Part shown: one piece after another, positions 22,270-34,968 of the stretch | Position numbering within the stretch: the first letter of the stretch is position 1 | Layout: every line of letters starts with the position of its first letter | Source of the DNA: Macrostomum lignano | Taxonomy: Eukaryota | Direction of reading: 5' to 3' | Length of the DNA: 64,000 nucleotides | NCBI GenBank assembly: GCA_002269645.1 | Contig: NIVC01001344.1 | Coordinates: 124,001 to 188,000 of the forward strand | Program-made: the position numbers and the translations under genes | The notes under the pieces: model-generated | Database searches by the model: none | Told to the model about the DNA's origin: nothing | The model's input: the letters and a program-made list of their open reading frames with translations, nothing else

Positions 22270-22900
22270 ACGGTTAGGGTTCATGACACCAAATTTCACA
22301 TCGTCGAAGGCAGCGAGTTAAGCCTACAAGCCCCAACCTTATGCTTTACGCCTTCACACCTTCATGCAGCTCAAATATATCAGTGGTAGAGCTACCAAGG
22401 CGGAGAATTCCCACCCCCCGCTGGGCAGTTCGGCCAGTTCGGCTTGGCACTCCTTGTTGGCCGGTCTGTGCTATTTTTAGAATCAGTCGAGATAAGACTC
22501 CACAGGTGCGCCTGCGGCGGTTGCTAAGGCAGCTCTGGGATTTTCGAACCGATTCGAAAGCTCGACTTCAAAGCTCGAAAGTTCGAAATCTCGGCGGGCT
22601 GGAGAGGCCGATGGCTGCAGCCGGAGACAGCTGTCCGTTGCCAAGCGGTTTCCGAGCGGTTTCCGAGCGGGAATTCGCGGTCGCCTCTCGGCCAGCCCAG
22701 GTGGCTGCGGCTGCTGGAGCGACTCGAGCGATCCGGGTTGCCATGCCGGGCCCGAGGAGGTTTGGGATTCGAGTTGGGTGAGGGGGCTGAGCTGAGGCCG
22801 CGGGAGAGAGTAGGAATTCAGCGGATTCTTGGCGGAGGGGCGGATTTGGGAGGTTTGCAGGTCTGATTACAGAGATTTCGAGGGGCGGATCGCGGAGGTC
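22270..22900 (+). repeat. E element (E2 type)
   Basis: E core plus a shared upstream block; recurs at 33540-34170 and 46990-47610. Confidence 0.85.
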
Positions 22901-22990
22901 AGAGGGTAGAAGGTAAAGTAGAGACCGGAAATGCTAGAGGCTTGAGAGGAAGTGGAGAGTGGAGAGAGTAGCGGAGAGAGTAGAGAGGGT

Positions 22991-23243
22991 CACTCACTCA
23001 CTCACTCATTCACTCATTAACTCATGAACTCACTCATGAACTCACCCATGAACTCACTCATGAACTCACTCATGAACTCACTCATGAACTCACTCATGAA
23101 CTCACTCATGAACTCACCCATGAACTCACTCATGAACTCACTCATGAACTCACTCATGAACTCACTCATGAACTCACCCATGAACTCACTCATGAACTCA
23201 CCCATGAACTCACTCATGAACTCACTCATGAACTCACTCATGA
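22991..23243. repeat. (CACT)n plus (GAACTCACYCAT)n array
   Basis: Direct reading. Confidence 0.9.
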
Positions 23244-23345
23244 ATTCACGAACTAACCAGCAGAGTTATGAATTCAGTAAGTCACTCTCTTACCACAATT
23301 TACTGAGAACCTTCACCTCAGGAGTTAACCAGAAGTTAACTAACT

Positions 23346-23418
23346 CACCCCAGGAGCGACTCGAACCCTCAACCTCCAGATTAAAAGACCAAAGCGCTAT
23401 CCATTGCGCCACTGGGGC
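23346..23418 (-). pseudogene. tRNA-Arg-derived pseudogene with TTT anticodon
   Basis: Anticodon arm TTGGT CTTTTAA TCTGG (one mismatch, three G:U); T-stem G52:G62 mismatch; same flanks as the intact copy at 8188. Confidence 0.85.
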
Positions 23419-23930
23419 TGCCGGGTGACTGCCATTTTAGCGTTAGATTTTCACAAATTGATTAAATTAAATTTGAATTGATTAAATTGATTGGTAAACA
23501 AACTGGTCTGCTACATGCATTGCCCATCTAACCATGCCTTCTCTCTGCCTTTAATAATCTCAGCTCACTTCTGTAAGTTCTGCACACTGACTAAGTGACT
23601 GACTGACTCAGTGGGGACCAGCCAGCAGTGGGGATTCAGCTCATGGGGATGGGGATCTCATGGGGACTGAGTATTATCAGTTACTGGAAAGCTGGCAGTA
23701 CGAGAACTTCACAGCATTTGACAAAGCAACTCATGAACCGCCTCGCAAACTCCCATTCATTCAAGTACTTTATTCCCTTCTCAACTTCAGCAATTTTTAA
23801 CAATAAAAATCAATACAATAAATTCCAAATCATCCCAAAATCATCCCGATTTCACCCCAACAACAAACAGCTGATGCAGTCGAGATGACAGCATGGCATG
23901 AACTCAACATATCTGAGTGATTGACCGCCT

Positions 23931-24028
23931 CAGCCAATGACAGGAGGGCATCATAGCCCAGCTTATCCGAGCTCAGCTTCCCATTGGCGGGAGATGAGGC
24001 GGGGCTCAGTGAGACAAAGACTATATAA
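23931..24028 (+). promoter_or_regulatory. Gene X copy B promoter (CCAAT/GC/TATA)
   Basis: CCAAT at 23934 and TATATAA at 24022. Confidence 0.6.
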
Positions 24029-24112
24029 CCAGCCTGCGCTGCTGGCCTCGAATCTCTCAAAGCATTCGCTTGCCATCCAACTGCTGCTCGTCAATAACTC
24101 TGCAAATCGGTC

Positions 24113-24685
24113 ATGCAGCCGCCAAGCTCATCACCGCTGCTGGCCTCGCTGAGGTCCCCGCAGATGTCCTCGCTGTCGTCCTCGCCAATGGCCTCGCTGA
24201 GGTCCCCGCAGATGTCCCCGCTGTCGTCCTCGCCGATGGCCTCGCTGAGGTCCCCGCAGATGGCCTCGCTGACGTCCTCGCCAATGGTTTCGATGAGGTT
24301 CTCGCCGATGGCCTCGCTGGGATCTCCCCCGACGGCCTCGCTGACGTCCCCGCAGATGTCTTCGCTGATGTACTCGCCGACGGGCTCAATGAACTGCTCG
24401 CTGACGTCCCGATTCCTCATGAAGCCACCGAGCTCATCACCACTGGCCTCGTTGATGTCCGGATTCTTCCCCACGCCGATGCCTCCGAAAATGCCGATGT
24501 CTCCGACAACGCCGATGCCTCCGACAATGTCGATGCCTCCGACATCCCAGCTGCCTCCGCCAGCGTCAACGCCGATGCCGTTCCCGGTGTCATCGTCGAC
24601 GCCGCGAAGCTGCGGTTCAAAGCAGCTTCGCGCTTTATGCGATTTATGGAAATTTATTGATAATTGCCCCAGCAACTCATGCTAA
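24113..24685 (+). pseudogene. Gene X copy B, truncated: all zinc fingers deleted
   Basis: ORF matches copy A to SCGSK, then reads into downstream flank; about 829 bp of copy A (9840-10668) is missing. Confidence 0.8.
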
Positions 24686-24823
24686 TACCTACCTGTTGAT
24701 TTCTCAGGGAGTTTTGTGCCAGATGCAAGCTGTGAGACTCGGCTGTGGGATGGCGATGGCGCGACAATCTACTATTCACAAAACAGTTATGCTTTAATTC
24801 ACAAGCAAAAAAGTAGCACTCAG

Positions 24824-24896
24824 TACCCCAGGAGGGACTCGAACCCTCAACCTCCGGATTAGAAGTCCGACGCGCTATCCATTGCGCCACTGGGGC
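24824..24896 (-). tRNA. trnR-UCU: tRNA-Arg(TCT), intact
   Basis: Full cloverleaf. Confidence 0.95.
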
Positions 24897-25211
24897 TTCG
24901 TTAGTCGAAGAAGCGAGTTTTGAACTTTAATTCTGAATTGCTTTGCCTGCTGAAAGCGGAGACTTCAATAGTGAGTAGCAGAAAATCTTGAGCAGCTGTT
25001 TCACTATTAGACTCAAGAAATTAAGCTAGAGTCAACTTAAACATGCTCAATAATTTGGTCACGAGTCGAAAGTGTGAAATCGGTAACACCTCTGACTCTG
25101 AGCAACTATAGGCACGAGATTGGCAGAAGTTTTAGGGACCAACACAGCCGGTTAATGTGCTCCGCTGCACTGCAGAAGTGTGAGCAGCATTTCTGGCTAT
25201 CTTAATCCCCT

Positions 25212-25391
25212 CAGGGACTACTCAAACACCGGGACGGGAAACTAAAATTTTTTTACGAGGCTGGCTGGCAATTATTTTCATTAGAGAGATGCTGTGTTAC
25301 TTTGTTGTCTATGGTTATTTTCTACTGCTGATGATAGACCAGCCTCGTAAAAAAATTCTAGTTTCCCGTCCCGGTGTTTGAGTAGTCCCTG
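25212..25391. mobile_element. 180-bp hAT-type MITE
   Basis: 53-bp TIRs (CAGGGACTACTC..., one mismatch), 8-bp TSD AATCCCCT; empty site at 11231-11238. Confidence 0.9.
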
Positions 25392-26777
25392 AATCCCCTT
25401 GTACGCTTAGGCACTATTGTTGGACTCTGAAGGTGGCGTAGACTCCTCAAGCCATGGGCATCTCAGCAGCTATAGACTACACTGCATCAAACATCACACA
25501 TTTTCACACACTTTCGGACCCGACTTGAACCAAAACTTGAAATGGGGATCAGCGCAGAATCCCCTGCTGTGAGGCCGAATTCAGCTTAAATGCGAGTGGG
25601 AAGCTGGTTATGCATCATCGAGTCATTTCAAGGTGCGAAATTCCAAGGAGGCTGATCACAGTTGGGTGATGAAAGACCAACAGAATTACTACAAAAACAA
25701 CAGCAGCTGGAGTGGTGGGGGCTCCGGAGTTCTGCCCCAAATTCGGTATACTGACTGAGCTGCAGCGATTCTGCAAATGCCTGTCCCTCTTTATTCACGC
25801 ATTTCAACTGAGGCTGTGCCGCTCACTGCCTCGCTTCCCCGCGGACTGCCGCGGAAAATTAAAAGGGACGGAAAATGTGAGCAGAGTAGAGAGTTGCTGG
25901 TAGATGTGGGTAGAGGGTAGAGCGGAGACTGTAGACGGGAGAGTGAGGAGCTTAGAGCGGAGAGTAGTGAGAGGAGAGCGAAGAGGGTAGAGTGGAGAGA
26001 TTATAGGGTAGAGTAGAGAGGGTAGAGAGAGCGAAGAGGGTAGAGTGGAGAGTGGAGGGCAGAGGGTAGAGCGGTGAGGTTAGAGTGGAGAGTGGAGAAA
26101 TAGATGGTAGAGCGGTGAGGGTAGAGGGTAGAGCGGAGAGGGTAGAGTGGAGAGTGGGAGAGGTGCATGTAGAGGATAGACAGTAGATTTAAGGGCTATA
26201 AGGGATTTAAGATTCTGATAACAAAATGCCGTACCCAGATGCGAGAATTTATTCAGCTATAAAACCAATGCAGATTCCCTAAAATCGAAGTCGCAACAAC
26301 TGCAAACTCGCGCATCTTAAATCTGCAGTCAGTCCATGCTGGTGTCTGAATTGCGGCTTTGGAGAAGGGCTGGCACCCCAGGCTCTGGCTGCAGGCCTCC
26401 CTGCCCCATCCCAGCAACCGGCGCACCCAGTTCGGCTCGGCATCTCCGCTGGTTGCCAGGCGAATCGGCACAACTCGAACTGGGCTGTGCGAACACCTGG
26501 AGAGCTGAGTCGGCCTGAGCATCTCGCTGCATCATGGGCTGCTGCCAGGTGTCTCCAGCTGCTGCACAGCGGACCGCACCGCTTTGGCTGTCGGTTGCCG
26601 GGCGGCGGCCCCACAGAAGTGCGAAACTCGAGGGCGAGAGGCGGGTGGGTCCGGTGGGGCTGGAGCGACCGGAGCGATTCGGGTTGCCTTGCCGGGACCG
26701 AGGAGCTTTAGGATTGGAATTGGGTGAGGGGGCTGAGGGAGGTGAGTGAAGGATCTTTGGGTTTTGTGTTGCAGGCA

Positions 26778-27800
26778 GAGAGAGGAGAGGGTAGACATGA
26801 GACAGCACCGGGCAGAGAGGAGAGGGTAGACATGAGACAGCCCAGAGCAGAGAGGAGAGGGTAGACATGAGACAGCACAGGGCAGAGAGGAGGGGGTAGA
26901 CATGAGACAGCACAGAGCAGAGAGGAGGGGGTAGACATGAGACAGCACAGAGCAGAGAGGAGAGGGTAGACAGGAGACAGCACACAGCAGAGAGGAGAGG
27001 GTAGACATGAGACAGCACACAGCAGAGAGGAGAGGGTAGACATGAGACAGCACAGGGCAGAGAGGAGGGGGTAGACATGAGACAGCACAGGGCAGAGAGG
27101 AGGGGGTAGACATGAGACAGCACAGGGCAGAGAGGAGAGGGTAGACATGAGACAGCACAGAGCACAGAGGAGAGGGTAGACATGAGACAGCACACAGCAG
27201 AGAGGAGGGGGTAGACATGAGACAGCACAGGGCAGAGAGGAGAGGGTAGACATGAGACAGCCCAGAGCAGAGAGGAGAGGGTAGACATGAGACAGCACAG
27301 GGCAGAGAGGAGGGGGTAGACATGAGACAGCACAGAGCAGAGAGGAGGGGGTAGACATGAGACAGCACAGAGCAGAGAGGAGAGGGTAGACAGGAGACAG
27401 CACACAGCAGAGAGGAGAGGGTAGACATGAGACAGCACACAGCAGAGAGGAGAGGGTAGACATGAGACAGCACAGGGCAGAGAGGAGGGGGTAGACATGA
27501 GACAGCACAGGGCAGAGAGGAGGGGGTAGACATGAGACAGCACAGGGCAGAGAGGAGAGGGTAGACATGAGACAGCACAGAGCACAGAGGAGAGGGTAGA
27601 CATGAGACAGCACACAGCAGAGAGGAGGGGGTAGACATGAGACAGCACAGGGCAGAGAGGAGAGGGTAGACATGAGACAGCACAGAGCACAGAGGAGAGG
27701 GTAGACATGAGACAGCACAGAGCAGAGAGGAGAGGGTAGACATGAGACAGCACAGGGCAGAGAGGAGAGGGTAGACATGAGACAGTACAGGACAGAGATT
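26778..27800. repeat. 35-bp minisatellite, unit B, with a 420-bp higher-order duplication
   Basis: 26821-27260 equals 27241-27680. Confidence 0.95.
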
Positions 27801-28075
27801 AGGGGGTAGACATGAGACACAGGAAGGGGAGAAAAGGCAAAGGGGAACTGAAAAGAGAGAGGGGGAAAGAGAATAAAGGGAGATAAAAGAGGGGATGAAT
27901 ATATTTTTTATTGATAATTCACAGTTCATTTGGCAGTCACCTGTAAGCACAGATCTGTGACGCTCTCCCTCTCTCCAATCCCAAGGCTCTCATTCCACTT
28001 TAAACACCTGCTGTGTGAGCTCACTGAAATTCACAGTTAAATCTCAAATACTGCAATGGGAACGGATTAACACCA

Positions 28076-28148
28076 GCCCCAGTGGCGCAATGGATAGCGC
28101 GTCGGACTTCTAATCCGGAGGTTGAGGGTTCGAGTCCCTCCTGGGGTG
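28076..28148 (+). tRNA. trnR-UCU: tRNA-Arg(TCT), intact
   Basis: Full cloverleaf, downstream T5. Confidence 0.95.
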
Positions 28149-28309
28149 TGATATGTAATTTTTGCAACGGAGAAATAAATATGATTTTAGCTTTGTTTTG
28201 TTTTTATTGTGGTAAATCGTACATATTTGTAGGAAACGGACTTCAGCTTTGAATTCCTGAAATATTACTAGATATGTGAGAAGCTCATGACTTCACGAGT
28301 GAGTTCATG

Positions 28310-28465
28310 AGGGGAGTCTGTGGGGTCAAGGGGAGTCTGTGGGGTCAAAAGGAGTCTGTGGGGTCAAGGGGAGTCAGTGGGGTCAAGGGGAGTCAGTGGG
28401 GTCAAGAGGACTCAGTGGGGTCAAGGGGAGTCAGTTTGATCAAGGGGAGTCAGTGGGGTCAAGGG
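28310..28465. repeat. 20-bp G-rich minisatellite, unit B
   Basis: Same unit as 13610. Confidence 0.85.
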
Positions 28466-28737
28466 GATTCATGTTGCACCCTTTGAGCTCCGTGACGTCA
28501 TCGGGTTGTTTGACTTGAATAAAATTTTTAACGCAACTTGAGTCTAGGCGATGCAGCGCAGGATCTGGTTGTTTATGATTTGTACCCTAAGTGAGCTCAT
28601 CCAACGTCATGATTTCGATTCGCAAGTTTGCCATACAATTAACATTGATACTACGCTCGTACTAATGCTTTTTATTATTGCAATATATACCTTACATTGT
28701 ATCAGTACTTTATTTATGCAATCGTAAAATATATAAT

Positions 28738-29130
28738 CCGCCCCCCCCCTCTGACACTCCTCAATCCGCTCCTCTGACACTCCTCAATCCGCTCCTCTGA
28801 CACTCCTCAATCCGCTCCTCTGACACTCCTCAATCCGCTCCTCTGACACTCATCAATCCGCTCCTCTGACACTCCTCAATCCGCTCCTCTGACACTCATC
28901 AATCCGCTCCTCTGACACTCCTCAATCCGCTCCTCTGACACTCCTCAATCCGCTCCTCTGACACTCCTCAATCCGCTCCTCTGACACTCCTCAATCCGCT
29001 CCTCTGACACTCCTCAATCCGCTCCTCTGACACTCCTCAATCCGCTCCTCTGACACTCCTCAATCCGCTCCTCTGACACTCCTCAATCCGCTCCTCTGAC
29101 ACTCCTCAATCCGCTCCTCTGACACTCCTC
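28738..29130. repeat. 23-bp minisatellite, unit B
   Basis: Same unit as 14115. Confidence 0.95.
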
Positions 29131-29551
29131 TCTCAATCTCCCTTGACGCTGCTCGAGCCCCGCATGGAATTCGGATCGGTCGAAACGAGACCAAGATTGG
29201 GAAAATTGGTCCTGCTAATGAGGAAAATGAATGACAATTTCGTGCAGACAGTGCGGTTTTCTCCGCTAATCTCTCCAAGCTGTTTCTTGGAAACAAGCTG
29301 GCCTGGGCTGGTCCGTCACTTCCCATGTCTCCAGTGCTCGCTCCATTCCAGTGCTGGCTGTCGGGCCTCCCCTCAACCCACCGAAACTGAAAGCTCGTCA
29401 GCCAATGGCAGGCGGCCCCACAGCCACAGGTGAAGTAACTGCCCCCATTGGTCAGCCGTGAGGACTGCAGCGAGCTGCACAGGATATTAGAGGGAATAAT
29501 TTCTCAGATCTCAGGCTGTCTACAGCTTCATCCAGCTTCTTTGCCTCATCA

Positions 29552-30291
29552 ATGCAACCGTCAGGGAATCGCAGCTTCATCGGCATGAGGTGAGTTTTGA
29601 GAACAGCTTTGAGCACAGGGAATATTTTTGAGACCCACTTAGCTCAGCAGTATGGACCCACTGCCGCCGTGACGGATCCCAAATCCTAAACTTCCCCGCT
29701 CTCCCCAGCCCGCAGGAAGCTGGCGAGGAACCGCTCCCCATTGTGAAGCACATCCTGCAGCTGCAGAATCGGTACATGCAGTACCTGCGGCAGCAGGCTG
29801 ACACCCAGCAGCAGCACCAGCCCGCCGCCATCTCGCTGACCGCTGGCGCCCCGCTGCCCGCTGCCGCCCCGCTGCCCGCTGTCGCCCAACTGCCCGCTGC
29901 CGCCCCGCTGCCCGCTATCGCCCCGCTGCCCGCTGCCGCCCCGCTGCTCGCTGCCGCCCCGCTGCCCGCTGCCGCCCCGCTGCACGCTGCCGCCCCGCTG
30001 CCCGCTGCCGCCCCGCTGCCCAACGCCGCCCTGCAGCGCGCGGTGCTCGCCAAGAACGCCAGCCGGCCGCGGCGCCCCGTCTTCTGCGTCTTCTGCCGCA
30101 AGAACGGCGAGCCGGAGGCCTTTAGCAGCGGCCACACCCTGAAGGACGGCAACGGCAGCGTCGTCTGCCCGGTGCTCAGCCGCTTCACCTGCCCGCTGTG
30201 CGGCGCCACTGGCAGCAGCGCCCACACCGTGAAATACTGCCCGCTGGGCACCGGCCACGGCTGCGGCCACCGACTGCAGACGGGACAGTGA
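29552..30291 (+). CDS. nanos: nanos copy B; exons 29552-29589 and 29709-30291 (206 aa)
   Basis: Intact tandem CCHC domain; same 119-nt intron. Confidence 0.9.
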
Positions 30292-31097
30292 GAGCTGTGC
30301 ACTCTCAATACCCCCTCAGCTGTGCACTCTCAATACCCCCTCAGCTGTGCACTCTCAATAGGCCCCCTACCCCTCAGCTGTGCACTCTCAATACCTCAGC
30401 TGTGCACTCTCAATACCTCAGCTGTGCACTCTCAATACCCCCTCAGCTGTGCACTCTCAATACCTCAGCTGTGCACTCTCAATACCTCAGCTGTGCTCTC
30501 TCAATACCCCCTCAGCTGTGCACTCTCAATACCCCAGCTGTGCACTCTCAATACCTCAGCTGTGCACTCTCAATACCCCATCAGCTGTGCACTCTCAATA
30601 CCCCAGCTGTGCACTCTCAATACCCCAGCTGTGCACTCTCAATACCTCAGCTGTGCACTCTCAATACCCCCTCAGCTGTGCACTCTCAATAGGCCCCCTA
30701 CCCCTCAGCTGTGCACTCTCAATACCTCAGCTGTGCACTCTCAATACCCCCTCAGCTGTGCACTCTCAATACCCCTCAGCTGTGCACTCTCAATACCCCC
30801 TCAGCTGTGCACTCTCAATACCTCAGCTGTGCTCTCTCAATACCCCCTCAGCTGTGCACTCTCAATACCCCAGCTGTGCACTCTCAATACCTCAGCTGTG
30901 CACTCTCTATACCCCTCAGCTGTGCACTCTCAATACCCCCTCAGCTGTGCACTCTCAATACCTCAGCTGTGCACTCTCAATACCCCATCAGCTGTGCACT
31001 CTCAATACCCCAGCTGTGCACTCTCAATACCCCAGCTGTGCACTCTCAATACCTCAGCTGTGCACTCTCAATACCCCCTCAGCTGTGCTCTCTCAAT
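30292..31097. repeat. nanos-downstream minisatellite, unit B
   Basis: Same unit as 16159. Confidence 0.95.
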
Positions 31098-31144
31098 TGT
31101 AATGCATTTACAAATAATGAACGCCTAAATCTACACCAGACAAT

Positions 31145-31620
31145 GTCTGTGCTATTTTTAGAATCAGTCGAGTTGAAATGCCTCAGGTGAGCCTGCGGCG
31201 GTTGCTAAGGCAGCTCTGGGATTTTCGAACCGATTCGAAAGCTCGAAAGCTCAAAATCTCGGTGGGCTGGAGAGGCCGATGGCTGCAGCCGGAGAGACAG
31301 CTGTCCGTTGCCAAGCGGTTTCCAAGCGGGAATTCGCGGTCGCCTCTCGGCCAGCCCAGGTGGCTGCGGCTGCTGGAGCGACTCGAGCGATCCGGGTTGC
31401 CATGCCGGGCCCGAGGAGGTTTGGGATTCGAATTGGGTGAGAGGGCTGAGCTGAGGCCGTGGGGGACAGGGGGAGAGGAGGGTTCGACGGGATCTTCAGG
31501 GAATGAGCGGATTGGCGGAGTGGCGGATTTCGGAGGTTTGCAGGGGCGGATTGCAGTAGTTTCGAGGGGCGGATCGCGGAGGTCAGAAAGGTGGATGGCG
31601 GAGGTCAGAGGGGCGGATGG
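31145..31620 (+). repeat. E element, unit B (fused to the nanos 3' region by a deletion)
   Basis: Junction CAATGT|CTGTGCTATTTTTAG at 31146. Confidence 0.85.
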
Positions 31621-32391
31621 TTGAGGTCCGAGGGGCGGATGGTTGAGGTCCGAGGGGCGGATGGTTGAGGTCCGAGGGGCGGATAAGGCATTTAAAAGTC
31701 TTCACCAACCCTACAGCAAAGCTCAGTCTGATGTGAAATGTGAGCTTACTGTTTGTCAATGCGGCTGCCTACCTGTGATTTATGGCTTTGAGATTTGGCC
31801 CAGCGCTGCTGCCATTGGCGGAGGCCTTGTTGTGTTCGCAGCTCGGAGCCGAGTGTGGGAATCTGCGGTGGGGAATATCTGGGAGGATCTGTGAACCGCT
31901 GCCCTCCCACGCTTCTCTTGGTTATTAGGCTCTCGTGCTCTCTTTTGTGTTGTGCCTGGATTCCCATGGGAAACTGCTGCCCAATGCAAGGAGAGCTAGA
32001 AATCTATGGAAGTGGCAACCACAAAATATTGAGCCTTGAATGTTTGCTCAAACAAGGAATATTTTCTCACCATTCTTCTAATTGCACTTGTTCATGCAAT
32101 TGCAAGTTCACCAAACACCGTTTACTCAGGATAATAGCACAAGAGCGCACTGACACAAGAGCGCACTGACACAAGAGCGCACTGACACAAAAGCGCACTG
32201 ACACAAGAGCACACTGACACAAGAGCACACTGACACAAGAGCACACTGACACAAGAGCGCACTGACACAAGAGCGCACTGACACAAAAGCGCACTGACAC
32301 AAGAGCGCACTGACACAAAAGCGCACTGACACAAGAGCGCACTGACACAAGAGCGCCTCTAATAACAAAAATCCACCCCGCACACCCGCAG

Positions 32392-32559
32392 CTCAGTGGC
32401 ACCTGCCAATTTGCCAGCCACTGCCAGTTCTCCCACGGCCCCGAGGAGCTGCGAGGCCGGCCCGACTGTCACCGGCTGTACAAGACGGAGGCGTGCCGCG
32501 CCTTCCATGGCGCCGAAGGAGTTCGCCGGTACGGTAACTGCTGCCACTTCATTCACTGA
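32392..32559 (+). pseudogene. CCCH gene copy B: last exon only, upstream exon deleted
   Basis: 1340-bp deletion relative to unit A with GCC microhomology at 32355. Confidence 0.75.
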
Positions 32560-33539
32560 TTGACTCAATGTGCATAATGTATATATGCTGAAATACAGAC
32601 AGTGCATTTAATCATTTGACAAGTGCTTGTTTCCTGCTAACTCTGCTCTTTGGCTTCTTTTCTTGGACGGCAACTTTTTCCTGCTGCGGCGAAGTTGCTA
32701 AACTAAGAGGGGAACAGGGAAAAACTGAGGGAGGGGAACAGGGAAAAACTGAGGGAGGGGAACAGGGAAAAACTGAGGGAGGGGAACAGGGAAAAACTGA
32801 GGGAGGGGAACAGGGAAAAACTGAGGAGGGGAACAGGGAAAAACTGAGGGAGGGGAACAGGGAAAAACTGAGGGAGGGAAACAGGGAAAAACTGAGGGAG
32901 GGGAACAGGGAAAAACTGAGGGAGGGGAACAGGGAAAAACTGAGGGAGGGGAACAGGGAAGGGGGTGCAGACGATGAGATACCGCATGTCCTTGAATATA
33001 TCTTGTACATGTATTGTACATCCATGGCCCTGATCCAAAGCCTACGAAAGGATGGGAGAGCAAAAGCACAGAAGCAATTTGCCTTGCCATCAGAGCAGCC
33101 CAACATGCAAAAGATCAACAGAGGGAACTGGGGGAAGGAATTCATGTATAAAAGAGTCTGCGACTCGTATCTTTCGAGTCCCCTTATCCCCATCTCAGTG
33201 GCACTGATTGTGGCTCACTGGCACTGATTGCGGCTCACTGGCACTGATTGTGACTCACTGGCACTGATTGTGGCTCACTGGCACTGATTGTGGCTCACCG
33301 GCACTGATTGTCGCATTAAGCCAGGACTGAAACGGAAGGAAAAGAAAATCAACTTCTGAAGATCTAGGACGCCTAAATCTTAGTATCTTGAGCTTCTAAA
33401 CTTGCTGTCGATTTGAGAAGCAGATTTCGGAAATTATTTTTACAGTTTTAGCGAGGCAAAGATTGGCAGACTGCATGAAATTCTTAGGTGAATTGCTTAA
33501 AGGTAATTTTTTGTTTCAAAATCTTTCCTTCCTTCCCTA

Positions 33540-34170
33540 ACGGTTAGGGTTCATGACACCAAATTTCACATCGACGAAGGCAGCGAGTTAAGCCTACAAG
33601 CCCCAACCTTATGCTTTACGCCTTCACACCTTCATGCAGCTCAAATATATCAGTGGTAGAGCTACCAAGGCGGAGAATTCCCACCCCCCGCTGGGCAGTT
33701 CGGCCAGTTCGGCTTGGCACTCCTTGTTGGCCGGTCTGTGCTATTTTTAGAATCAGTCGAGATGAGCCTCCACAGGTGCGCCTGCGGCGGTTGCTAAGGC
33801 AGCTCTGGGATTTTCGAACCGATTCGAAAGCTCGACTTCAAAGCTCGAAAGTTCGAAATCTCGGCGGGCTGGAGAGACCGATGGCTGCAGCCGGAGATAG
33901 CTGTCCGTTGCCAAGCGGTTTCCGAGCGGTTTCCGAGCAGGAATTCGCGGTCGCCTCTCGGCCAGCCCAGGTGGCTGCGGCTGCTGGAGCGACTCGAGCG
34001 ATCCGGGTTGCCATGCCGGGCCCGAGGAGGTTTGGGATTCGAGTTGGGTGAGGGGGCTGAGCTGAGGCCGCGGGAGAGAGGAGGAATTCGGCGGATTCTT
34101 GGCGGAGGGGCGGATTTGGGAGGTTTGCAGGTCGGATTACAGAGGTTTCGAGGGGCGGATCGCGGAGGTC
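33540..34170 (+). repeat. E element (E2 type)
   Basis: Near-identical to 22270-22900. Confidence 0.85.
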
Positions 34171-34259
34171 AGAGGGTATAAGGTAAAGTAGAGACCGGAA
34201 ATGCTAGAGGTTTGAGAGGAAGTGGAGAGTGGAGAGAGTAGCGGAGAGAGTAGAGAGGG

Positions 34260-34795
34260 TCACTCACTCACTCACTCATTCACTCATTAACTCATGAACT
34301 CACTCATGAACTCACCCATGAACTCACTCATGAACTCACTCATGAACTCACCCATGAACTCACCCATGAACTCACCCATGAACTCACCCATGAACTCACT
34401 CATGAACTCACTCATGAACTCACCCATGAACTCACTCATGAACTCACTCATTAACTCATGAACTCACTCATGAACTCACCCATGAACTCACTCATGAACT
34501 CACTCATTAACTCATGAACTCACTCATGAACTCACCCATGAACTCACTCATGAACTCACTCATTAACTCATGAACTCACTCATGAACTCACCCATGAACT
34601 CACCCATGAACTCACTCATGAACTCACCCATGAACTCACCCATGAACTCACTCACTCACTCACTCATTCACTCATTAACTCATGAACTCACTCATGAACT
34701 CACCCATGAACTCACCCATGAACTCACTCATGAACTCACTCATGAACTCACCCATGAACTCACTCATGAACTCACTCATGAACTCACTCATGAAT
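34260..34795. repeat. (CACT)n/(GAACTCACYCAT)n array
   Basis: Direct reading. Confidence 0.9.
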
Positions 34796-34895
34796 TCACG
34801 AACTAACCAGCAGAGTTATGAATTCAGTAAGTCACTCTCTTACCACAATTTACTGAGAACCTTCACCTCAGGAGTTAACCAGAAGTTAACTAACT

Positions 34896-34968
34896 AACCC
34901 CAGGAGCGACTCGAACCCTCAACCCCCGGATTAAAAGACCAAAGCGCTATCCATTGCGCCACTGGGGC
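34896..34968 (-). pseudogene. tRNA-Arg-derived pseudogene with TTT anticodon
   Basis: Anticodon arm TTGGT CTTTTAA TCCGG; T-stem G:G mismatch. Confidence 0.85.

Noticed and set aside
23346-23418. Functional tRNA-Lys(TTT)
   Set aside because: The body is Arg-derived, the anticodon stem has one mismatch and up to three G:U pairs, the T stem has G:G, and there is no nearby terminator.
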